The notes under the pieces were generated by a model, which was given only the letters and a program-made list of their open reading frames with translations, was not told where the DNA came from and made no database searches. Source: an uncultured Clostridia bacterium (GTDB taxonomy: Bacteria; Bacillota; Clostridia; Christensenellales; Borkfalkiaceae). From it: 64,000 nt of DNA. The stretch spans positions 11,798 through 75,797 of the forward strand of contig CALVUC010000002.1 in NCBI GenBank assembly GCA_944363395.1. The letters are read 5' to 3'. Made by a program: the position numbers and the translations under genes. Below are positions 37,042 through 46,800 of the stretch, in pieces. Position 1 is the stretch's first letter, and every line of letters begins with the position of its first letter.

Positions 37042-38699
37042 GTCTCGTCCTCCCCGATGAGGGAATCTTTGGCGACCCCCATCACTTTGCCCTTTTCCTC
37101 CATGAGATCGAGGGCGCCTGCCATCATGAGCCCCAGCTCCTCCTTGCTCGTCTTGGCGGCATGGACGACGCCCATGAGCCTGCCGTGGCAGAGCACCATG
37201 ATCTTATCGCACAGGGCGAGCATGACGTCGAGGTCCTCGCCGATGAAGAGGATGCCCGTCCCCTCCCGCTTGCGGCGGTTGAGGATGTCGTAGATGAGAT
37301 AGGAGGAATTGATGTCCAGCCCGCGCACGGGATATGCCGTGATGAGCACGTTGGGATCGGTCAGGATCTCCCTGCCCAGCAGCACCTTCTGCACGTTGCC
37401 GCCCGAGAGCCGCCGCACGGGCGTCTCGGCGGAGGGCGTGACGACGCCCAGCTCCTCAATGACCTGCTCCGCCTCGCGGCGCGCCTGTCTGCGGTCGACG
37501 AAGGGACAATGCCGGTTCAGGAACGCTCCCAGACGGTTGCGGATGCGCAGCCCCTTCGCACGGGGCGAGTCGTCCCCCGGTTCGACGGGAACGGGCTCGA
37601 TGCCGTAGCCGTGCGTGGGATAGTTTTTGAGCATCATATTGTCGGTGACGGAGAGCGAGGGCGCAAGCCCCATGCCCAGCCTGTCCTCGGGGATAAAGCT
37701 CATGGCGATGCCCTTTTCCGAGATGGCGCGCGGGCTCAGCCCCACGATGCTCTCGCCCTCGTGATAGATGCCGCCCGACTCCACCTTCCGAAGCCCTGCG
37801 ATCGCCTCGCACAATTCGCGCTGACCGCAGCCCGCAACGCCCGCGACGCCCAGGATCTCGCCGCCGCGGATGAAGAAGCTGAGCCCGTCGATGGCGCGGC
37901 TGCCCTCGTCGCTCCTGACACAGAGATCTCGGATCTCCAGAAGAGGGCGGTCGAACTCCGTCTGCGGGCGCTCGATGTTGAGCTCCACCTTCTGCCCGAC
38001 CATCATTTCGGTGAGGGACGCCTCGCTCGCCTCCGCCGTGGGGACGCAGCCGATGTACTCGCCCTTCCTGAGGACGGCGACGCGGTCGGAGATCTCCATG
38101 ACTTCGTGCAGCTTGTGGGTAATGATGATGATGGACTTGCCGTCCTCCTTCATCGCCCGCATGACGGAAAAGAGCTTCTCCGTCTCCTGCGGGGTGAGGA
38201 CCGCCGTGGGCTCGTCCAGAATGAGGATATCCGCGCCGCGGTAGAGGACCTTGACGATCTCCACCGTCTGCTTTTCCGAGACGGACATATCGTAGATCTT
38301 CTTCTGCGGATCGAGCTCAAAGCCGTACTTCCGGGCGATCGATCCAACCTGCTCGTTGATGCGCCGCACGCCGTATCGCCCGCCCGCGCCCAGAACGACG
38401 TTCTGCGCCGCGGTGAAGATATCGATGAGCTTGAAGTGCTGATGCACCATGCCGATCTTGAGGCGGAAGGCGTCCTGCGGGGAGGAGATGACCGCCTCCT
38501 GCCCGTCGACGAAGATACGCCCCTCGTCGGGATAGTAGATACCCGAGATCATGTTCATGAGCGTCGTCTTGCCGCTGCCGTTCTCGCCGAGCAGCGCCAG
38601 GATCTCGCCCTTTTCGAGCGTGAGGCTGATATCCTTGTTCGCAGCGACCGAGCCGAAATATTTGCTGACGTGTTTGAGTTCCAGAGCGGGTTCTGCCAC
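37029..38699 (-). CDS. ABC transporter ATP-binding protein with two fused nucleotide-binding domains (NupO/YufO-like)
   Basis: 556 aa with GTG start behind GAGGTGA. GENGSGKTT Walker A, a second NBD with LSGGNVQK signature. Confidence 0.9.
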   Translation of the reverse strand: MAEPALELKHVSKYFGSVAANKDISLTLEKGEILALLGENGSGKTTLMNMISGIYYPDEGRIFVDGQEAVISSPQDAFRLKIGMVHQHFKLIDIFTAAQNVVLGAGGRYGVRRINEQVGSIARKYGFELDPQKKIYDMSVSEKQTVEIVKVLYRGADILILDEPTAVLTPQETEKLFSVMRAMKEDGKSIIIITHKLHEVMEISDRVAVLRKGEYIGCVPTAEASEASLTEMMVGQKVELNIERPQTEFDRPLLEIRDLCVRSDEGSRAIDGLSFFIRGGEILGVAGVAGCGQRELCEAIAGLRKVESGGIYHEGESIVGLSPRAISEKGIAMSFIPEDRLGMGLAPSLSVTDNMMLKNYPTHGYGIEPVPVEPGDDSPRAKGLRIRNRLGAFLNRHCPFVDRRQARREAEQVIEELGVVTPSAETPVRRLSGGNVQKVLLGREILTDPNVLITAYPVRGLDINSSYLIYDILNRRKREGTGILFIGEDLDVMLALCDKIMVLCHGRLMGVVHAAKTSKEELGLMMAGALDLMEEKGKVMGVAKDSLIGEDETWDA

Positions 38700-38783
38700 C
38701 GTGTCACCTCGTAAAAATACTCACAAAACAACAAGCGGCGGAGAGTTCTTCTTCGCCGTCTTGTCTTTTCCGTTTGTCGTTTG

Positions 38784-40010
38784 TCAATCCGCGTTGAGTT
38801 CCGTGATGCCGTCGATGCGCAGATCGAAGTAGGGCGCGGAGCGGTACTTGGATTCCATGAACACGCCGTTTTCAATGACCTGCGTATCCTTCTCGTATCC
38901 TTCGTCCGTGTCGACGTCCGCCATGTACTCGGTGATATGCTCGCCGTTCACGGTGAACTTGGAGCAGTCAAAGACGTGGAGCGTTCCCGCCATGAGCTGC
39001 GCCTTGACCTCTTCGATCTTCTCCGCCGTGCCCTCTGCGGCAGCCGCGCCGACCTCGGTGAGGGCGACCGCGCCGTTTGCGAGCGTACCCGTCCAGTCGG
39101 CGGCGATCTCTTCGCCGTTCATCACGCAGTCGATCATATACTCAAAGTAAGGGACCCAGTTGATGCGCGAGGAGATGATGTAGGTATTGGGGCAGGCGTT
39201 TGCCGTGCTGCCGTTATAGGAGACGTTGGGAACGTCCTTCACTTCGCAGGCAGAGGGAGCACCCATGGAGTCCGCGTGCTGGGAGATGAGCGCCGCGCCG
39301 CGCGACATGAGGTTGTTTGCGCTCTCGCGCTCGGCAGCCTCGTCAAACCAGCTGCTCGTATAGGTGACTTCCATCGAGACACTGATGTCCGTCTCCTCTT
39401 CCACAACGGACTGTGCGCCGAGGAAGAAGGACGTGTAGCCCGAAACGACTTCCGCATAGGGATAGGCGCCGACATAGCCGATCTTGATGTTGCCGTCCGC
39501 GTCGTAGTTGGCTGCTTCGAGCTCGCCCGCCTCGTGCATCTCCACAAGCTTCATTCCCGCGGCGACGCCTGCAAGGTATCTGCCCTCGTAGATGTGCGCA
39601 AAGGCATTGTGATGGTTGGCAACGCCCTCCGTGTGCGCCATCGTACCCGTCGCGTGGCAGAACTGCACTTCGGGGAACTCCTTGGCAGCCGCAAGGATGA
39701 AAGGCTCATGCCCGAAGGAATCGGCAAAGACGACGTCGCAGCGCCCCGCAAGATCCACCGCCTTGTCGTAGCAGTCGTTCTCTTCGGGAACGTTCGTGTA
39801 GATGATGAGGTGGTCGTCATCGATCCCCTTGTTGGCGCAGGCTTCGCGGATCGCGTCCAGGAAGTTCTTGTCGTAGGTCGAGTTATCGTCATGCAGGGCG
39901 ATAAAACCGACGGTGATCTCGTCGTCCGCAGGCGTGCAGCCCGCAAGCGCAGCGACGCCCGCAACGGTCATCGCCGCCGCAAGCCCCATTGCCATCCACT
40001 TCTTCTTCAT
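38784..40010 (-). CDS. BMP-family (PnrA/Med-like) nucleoside-binding lipoprotein
   Basis: ORF trimmed to ATG 40010 behind AAGGAGGAA. MKKKWMAMGLAAAMTVAGVAALAGC lipobox. BMP-family layout. Confidence 0.85.
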   Translation of the reverse strand: MKKKWMAMGLAAAMTVAGVAALAGCTPADDEITVGFIALHDDNSTYDKNFLDAIREACANKGIDDDHLIIYTNVPEENDCYDKAVDLAGRCDVVFADSFGHEPFILAAAKEFPEVQFCHATGTMAHTEGVANHHNAFAHIYEGRYLAGVAAGMKLVEMHEAGELEAANYDADGNIKIGYVGAYPYAEVVSGYTSFFLGAQSVVEEETDISVSMEVTYTSSWFDEAAERESANNLMSRGAALISQHADSMGAPSACEVKDVPNVSYNGSTANACPNTYIISSRINWVPYFEYMIDCVMNGEEIAADWTGTLANGAVALTEVGAAAAEGTAEKIEEVKAQLMAGTLHVFDCSKFTVNGEHITEYMADVDTDEGYEKDTQVIENGVFMESKYRSAPYFDLRIDGITELNAD

Positions 40011-40068
40011 AGTTTCCTCCTTTTGCAATTGCTTGCAATCAAAATTTTTTCAACAAAAAAACCGCGCA

Positions 40069-40647
40069 CTACCCCTGTACGCGGAAGCTGACGCTCTCAT
40101 CCGTCATCGAATCGATGATGGCGAGAGACTCAACGCGGATCCCCTCGGCGCGGAGCTTGTCCCCTGCGCCCTGGAACCCCTTTTCAATGGCGATCGCGCA
40201 CCCGACGAGCGTGGCGCCCGCCTCTTCGATGATGCGCATGAGCCCCTGTACGGCGTTGCCGTTGGCGAGGAAATCGTCCACGATGAGGACGCGGTCCTCG
40301 CTGCCGAGATACTCCTTGGCGACCGCGATCTCGTACGTCTCCTTATGCGTATAGGAATAGACGGACGCGGTGTACACTTCCTTGGGCATATTGGCGCTCT
40401 TATGCTTTTTGGCAAAGACGGACGGAACGTGCAGCGCGATCCCCGCCGCGACGGCAAGGGCGATCCCCGACGCCTCGACGGTGAGCACGCGCGTCACCCC
40501 TTCGTTCCCGAAAAGGCGCGCGACCTCTTTCCCGATCTCCATGATGAAGTCGGAATCCATCTGTTGATTGAGGAAACTCCCCACTTTGAGCACATTGCCG
40601 GGTAAGACCGTGCCTTCCCGCAAGATCTTTTCTTCAAGCGCCTTCAT
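40069..40647 (-). CDS. xpt: xanthine phosphoribosyltransferase
   Basis: ORF trimmed to ATG 40647. MKALEEKILREGTVLPGNVLKVGSFLNQQMD..., PRPP motif VLIVDDFLANG. Confidence 0.93.
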   Translation of the reverse strand: MKALEEKILREGTVLPGNVLKVGSFLNQQMDSDFIMEIGKEVARLFGNEGVTRVLTVEASGIALAVAAGIALHVPSVFAKKHKSANMPKEVYTASVYSYTHKETYEIAVAKEYLGSEDRVLIVDDFLANGNAVQGLMRIIEEAGATLVGCAIAIEKGFQGAGDKLRAEGIRVESLAIIDSMTDESVSFRVQG

Positions 40648-40675
40648 TCGCGATACCCACAAAAAGTATGCTATC

Positions 40676-40704
40676 ACTATATCACATTCGACAAAACAAG
40701 TCAA
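40676..40704 (-). promoter_or_regulatory. sigma-70-type promoter of xpt
   Basis: Minus strand reads TTGACT-17 nt-TATAGT. The leader is only about 25 nt, which leaves no room for a riboswitch. Confidence 0.55.
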
Positions 40705-40752
40705 ATAAATTGCCCGCGCGTGTAAATTTTCTTTTACAAAAACATCACGCGG

Positions 40753-40790
40753 CGCGCACACGCCCGCCGCGCACACGCCCGCCGCGCACG
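40753..40790. repeat. 2.5 tandem copies of the 15-nt unit cgcgcacacgcccgc
   Basis: Read directly. Intergenic, between the giant-gene terminator and the xpt promoter. Confidence 0.8.
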
Positions 40791-40794
40791 GCAT

Positions 40795-40822
40795 AAAAAA
40801 AGCACCGCCGCGAGGGCGATGC
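40795..40822 (-). terminator. Rho-independent terminator of the giant surface protein gene
   Basis: gcaccgcc-gcgag-ggcgatgc (one G-U pair) preceded by A7 on the plus strand. Confidence 0.75.
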
Positions 40823-40832
40823 CTTTTTGTTG

Positions 40833-43800
40833 TTATTCCGTCTGCCCGGAGCGGTCCTCCGGCTCCGCAGGTTCTTCAGGCTCCGCGGGTTCTTCGGGTT
40901 CTGCGGGCTCTGCGGGTTTTTCGGGCGCCGCAGGTTCTTCGGGCTCTGCGGGTTCTTCGGGCGCCGCGGGTTCTTCGGGCTCCGCAGGCTCTGCCGCGTC
41001 TGCCGCCGCTGCCTCCGCTGCTTCCTCCGTCCCCTTCTTTTTAAGAAGGAACACGAGAAGGATGGCGACGAGGAGGATGACGACGACAGCGCCGAGGATC
41101 CAGCAGACCGTCACTTCCGCGGGCGAAAAGACCGCAAGGAACATGGGCAGCGCCGCGACCGAAGCCGCCTTTGTGCCGCCCGCACCGCCGTCCCCGCCGT
41201 CGCCGTCCCGCTTTTTGCGGCGGACGATGCCGACGATGAGGATGACGAGCTCGATTGCCGCGATGACCGCAAGCAGGATGATGAGCCACAGGAGCGAGAG
41301 CACTTCCTCTTCGATGAGCCAGGTGAACGTCACGGCGTCCGTCGTGCCGTCCGACCAGCAGTAGTTGGCGGGATCGCGGAGCGTGACGTACACGGTGTAC
41401 GTCCCCGCATCCAGCCTGATGTTGCCCTCGATCTCCATCGTTTCGTCATCGAAGCCCTCGGGCACATACTCGAGCAGACCGCCGTCCGCAATGAAGGCAT
41501 CCTTGTCTGCCGCGGGCTTTTCAATGGCGAGTTTTGCGATCGTCCACGTCAGGGTAGCGGTTTCGCTGCCGTCCTCCCAGACATAGTTGCCGCTCGTGAG
41601 CGCGATCTTCACCGTGTAGACGCCCGCATTGACCTCGCTGAGGACGGTCTTTCCGTCCACGACCGCGACTGCGCCTTCCGCGACCGCCATCATGAGCGGA
41701 TCGTAGCCGACGATCGCGTTCGTGAGCGATCCGCCGCTGTAGACGGACGAGCCCGTCTCGAGCGAAGGCAGCGCCACAGGGCGAGGAAGGATGCGGAACG
41801 CGACCGCCTCGGAGACGGCGCCGCCGTAGTTGCCCGCCGCCTCGACGTACGCTCTCACATAGTAGCTTCCCGCGTCCTCGGGAACGACGGACGAATACTC
41901 GCCGTCCTTCTCCGCCGAATACTTGTAGACGATAAAGTCGTTTCCGTACAGCGCCTGCGCGCCCGAAGGCACATTGGGTTCGTCGCCGTACATCCAGTCT
42001 TCGATGACGGGAGACTTGATAAAGGCGTTCTCCGCAGACGTGATGCGGAAGGTGACGGAGGCGACCGCCGCATTGGCATTGTCCCAACGGTAGTTCGCCG
42101 TATCCTTTAAGGTGAGGGTGACGGTGTAGCTGCCGACGTCCACCCAGTCGTCGCCCTGTTCGACCGTGTAGAGATCGGTCTCCGTGAGGTTGGACTGCTG
42201 CGGCTTGCCCGTGTAGGGCTTGGAGCCGGGCGAAGGCACGCGGACCATCTGCCGCTCGATGACGAACGCCGCGCTCGTCGTGCCGATCAGGCGATAGCTG
42301 TCGGTCGTGAGCGTTGCCGTCACGATATAGGTACCCGCCTTCGTGGGAACTGCCGTGGAGTTATAGGACGTGCCGTCGTTCGCGGTGCCCGTGTAGGTGA
42401 GGATCACGCCGACTTCGTCGTCCTCGTACGCGCCGTGGAGCGTCGCCGTCGCAGGCGTAATGGTGCCGCCGTACACGCCGCCGCCCGCAGCGATCGTGAC
42501 CGTGAGGTCGACGGAGCGAACAAAGAGCGTACCCGTCCTGTAATCGATCTCGTAGTTTTCCGCTTCCAGACCGCTTGCCCTGACCGTGTAGGAGCCTGCG
42601 GCGGAACCCGCGGTGTACCCGACGACCGTGAAGGTGAGGCTGCCCGTGAGCACGCTCTCGTCCTCGCCGCCGACAAAGCCGGCGTACGTCACGCCGAACG
42701 CGGAAGGCGCGTCTTCCCCGTAGTCGATGGTCGCCGTTCCGACGCGGACGACGAGCTGCGCCTTGCGGATGACGACGGTGAGTTCCACGAACGCATCGGC
42801 ATGGTTGACGGCGCTGAGCTTGCAGTAGACGGTGTATGTCCCCGCGTCCGTGAACGCGATCTGCTCGGTGCTCCAGACGGTGTCCTCGTCGTTGGTGAGC
42901 GCGTACTGCCAGGTGACCGCGCTGCCGTCCACCGCCGCGGCGCTGCCTGCCGTGCGGGCGTTGTGTTCTTCCGCATCGTAAGTGCCGGTATAGCCCTTGA
43001 CGCCCGAAAGCGCGATCTCGGCGGGAAGGATGGTAAACGTGAAGTAACCTTCCGCCGCGTTCCAGCTGTCCGTTGCCGCGACGGATGCGCGCAGCACATA
43101 GCTGCCGACGTCCGAAGGCATCGCGTCCGTCCAGTCGAGCGCCGAATAGTCGCCCGCAAAGTCTACGGGCAGGACCGCGTAGGCAAACACGGGTTCGCCG
43201 AACGCAGCCGTTGCGGAAGGCGTCTCGGGATCGCGCGCGCCGAAGTACGTCCATTCGTCGTCAAAGACGATCTCCTCGATCGCGTTCTCCGCCGCCGTGA
43301 CCGTCCAGGTAAGTTCGATGACGTCGTCCTCGCCCTGCCAGACGTAATTGAGGTCGGTGAGCGTGACGGTGACGGTGTAGACGCCGCCCGCCGTCGCATA
43401 GACGACGCCGTTTTCCGCACGCGCGCCCTCGGTGACGGAGACTTCCATCTTCGCGCCGTCGAAGTCCGCGATGACGTTGGAGAGCTCGTCGCCCGTGTAC
43501 GTCGTCTCGCTGACCGTGAGCGAGGGAAGCGGAAGCTGCGCGCGCCTCACGGTGAAGGCGAACGCCTCGGACTGCGCGCCCTTCCAGTTGCGGTCCCCCG
43601 TGACGACGGCGATCAGCCAGTAGTCGCCTGCGGCAAGATCGGTCATGTCGCCCCAGGTAAACCATTCGGTGACTGCGGACGTGTCGTCGCCCGTCCTGAC
43701 GGCGTACTCGTAGACGACGTCGCCGAAGTCCGCGGCTGCGTCTGCGGGCGCGTTGACGGTATCGTCGTATTCGCCGTACGTCCAAGGCGTGACGACGGGC

Positions 43801-46800
43801 TGCTCCGTGAACTTGTTCGCCGCCTGTTCGATGGTAAAGCCGACCGTAACGGTATCGCCCTCGGCGCCCTTCCACTTGTAGTTGGGGTCGATGATGGTGA
43901 GTTCCACGTCATAGGTGTTGACGTTGATCCAGCCGCCGCCCTGTTTGACGGAATAGATGTCGTTCGTCGCAAGATCTGCGGTGAGCGGCTTGCCCGTATA
44001 CGGCTTGCTCTGCGCGGCGGGGATCTCCACCTCGGCGCGCCCGATCGTAAACACCGCGCTCGTGGGGTCAAGGCTGTAATTGCCCGCATCGGCGCCCGCA
44101 AGCGTCGCCGTTACGATATAGGTCCCCGCATCCGTCGGCACATCCGTGGAATTGTAGGACGCGCTGTCCGTATAGGTGAGCGTGATGGTGACCGTGTCGC
44201 CGCTGACGATGTCGCCCGCCGCAAACGCCGCCTCGGCAGGCGTGACCGTGCCGCTATAGACGCCGCCGTTCGGGGTGATGGTGACCGTGACGGGCTTCGC
44301 CGTGATGGTGTAAGCGCCGTTCTTAAAGACGATCTCGTAGTTGCCGATGCCCTCGGGCGAGCCGACGATGCTGCCCTCGACGGGATAGCTGCCGACGTCG
44401 CTCGTCGCGTCCGCCGTCGTCGAGAGTGCGATATAGTCCCCGTACGCCGCTGCAAACGCCTCGTCGTCCGCAGACCATGTCACTTCGTCCGCCGAGACCT
44501 CGCTGCCGTAGACGGAGGATGCGCTGCCGATGGTGACGTTGACCGTCTTTTTCCTGACGATGAGCGTGCCCTTGACGATATCGAAGTCGTAGTTTTTCGC
44601 TTCGATCCCCGAAACGGTGACATCGTACTCGCCCGCCGCGCCGCTGTACCCTTCGGCGGTGAACACGGGCGTACCCGTAATGACGGTCTGCGTCTCGCCG
44701 AGGACAAAGCCGCGGTATTCGATCGAATAGCTTTCGGGCGCTTGTTCGCCGTAGACGATCTCGGCGCTGCCGATGACGACGCCGAGCGTCGCCTTATCGA
44801 TCCTGACCCGGAAGGAGCTGGTCGCATCCGCATGGTTCTTTGCGCTGACCTTGTACCAAACGGTGTATTCCCCCGCGTCCTTCAACGCGATCTGCGCCGT
44901 CTGCCAATCGTTCTGCCCGTCGAGGCGGTACTGCCAGGTGACCGCGCTTCCGTCCACCGTCTCGGCGGTACCCGCCGTGCGGGCGTTGTGCTGCCTGCCG
45001 TCGTAGGTGCCGGCATAGCCCGCGACACCCGAAACGGCGATCTCGGCGGCTTCGATCGTGAACTGCTTATACGCGACCGCGCCGTTGTAGTTGTTCGTCT
45101 TTGCGACGGTGGCGCGGACGACGTACCTGCCCGCATCCGTCGGGAAGCCGCCCGTCCAGCCCGTCACCGCGCTGTAATCTTCACCCGTGAAGCCTTCGGG
45201 CAGGAGCGCGTACGCATACACCGCCGTGCCGTACGTTGCCGAAGCCTGCGGAAGCGTCGACGGCGTGTCGCCGTACGTCCAGCTGTTGCCCCCCTCGGCA
45301 TCGGGAATGGCGACGGTGTTGTCCGCTGCCGCGCGTACCGTCCAGGTGAGGACGACAGCTTCGGCAGTACCGTCTTCCCAGACGAAGTTGTCGCTCGTCA
45401 GGGCGATCGTGACCGTGTACTCGCCCGCGTTGCTCGTCTGCACGCATACGGTGAACCCGCCTTCCGTCGACGTCGCGATCGTCGCGGTCGAGGAAACGGT
45501 CATCGTGCCGGAGACATAGCCGTTGACGTTGTTGGTAAGAGGCGTGCCGTTGTAGACGTCCACGTTATAGGTGCTTTCCGCCGTATCGAGCGCAGGAAGC
45601 GCGACCCCCAGCGGCGAAATGGTGAACTCGGCATACGCAAACGCCGTGCCATACCCGCTTGCAACATTGCCGGGATAGTACGCGCGCACCCAATAGCTGC
45701 CCGCGTCGGAAGGAAGGGTCTTGGAATAGACCGCGCCCGCGGGCGACCCCGCTTCCGTCCGTACGGCATACGAGAAGATGATATCCGACGTATCGCCGTA
45801 GGTAAGTTGGAGGATGTTGTCCAGACCTGTGCCGTTCGTCCACGCTGCGGGCGTTCCGTACGTCCAGCCGAGATCGGCTTCTTCCAGGAAGGAAAGCTCG
45901 TTGAGTTCCGCGGAGACCTCGAAGCCGATCGTCGTCTCGTTCCCCTCGTCAAACGTATAGTTGTTAAAATCTTTGATGGTGATGACGACCGTATACGTTC
46001 CTGCCACGCCGTTTACGGTGATCGTGTAATCGTTGGTGCTGACTGCCTGCTGCAAGATCTGCGCCCCGTTACCGACCGCCACCTGCGTGCCGACCGAAAG
46101 GACGGTGTCGATCGGGTCTTCGTAGCCATCGAGGCCGTAAAACAGCAGCCGGTTCTTGTGCTCGGTTATGTCCTGATCGACCTGGATCGCAGTCTTCTCC
46201 CAATCGGCATCCAGCAGGCGCTTTGCGATGTCGTACCCGAACTCGTCCGAATACGTCTCGCCTTTCGCAAAGATATAATTGTCGTCGGTGATCTCGACCT
46301 TTGCGAAGTATACGCCCGCATTGACGGGCTCCGTCGTCACCCATTCGTCTGCGCTGCCGCCGAGGAAGGCGCCGTTGTTGCACGTTCCCCTGTACCAGAC
46401 TTCATGCGCAACGCTGTCCGTGTCGTACTTGTTTGTAAATTCGACGATCGCGGCGATCGGATCGCCGTAGCAGTACTGCTCGCTGCCCGGCGTCACGCTG
46501 ACCGTGACGACGCGCTTTTCGACCGTGAGCGTGCCTTTCTCGAACACGATGGTATAGTTGGAGGAAGTGAGCCCGCTCGCCGAGATCGTGTATTTGCTGC
46601 CTGCCGCGTCGCCCTGCGCATACGCCGCGTTGCCGTCCTTGCTCGCCGTCGTATAGACGATCGTACCCTTGAGGTCGGAGAATGTGGAGCCGTTCTCGTT
46701 CCCTTCGTTATTGACAAAGCCGCTGTATTTGACGGTAAACAGCGCATCGGCGTCGAGCGCGTCGCCGTAGGTGATGGAAGCATCCTGCACGGTAACGGTG

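Noticed and set aside
40648-40760. Guanine riboswitch upstream of xpt.
   Set aside because: The promoter leaves a roughly 25-nt leader, and the purine riboswitch core motifs are absent on either strand.
40857-40997. Regularly spaced short repeats that could superficially look like a CRISPR array. The same applies to 5833..6003.
   Set aside because: The units are 9-18 nt, contiguous and without spacers, in frame inside CDS, and encode PEEPAE and Gly-X-Y peptide repeats. No cas genes are present.
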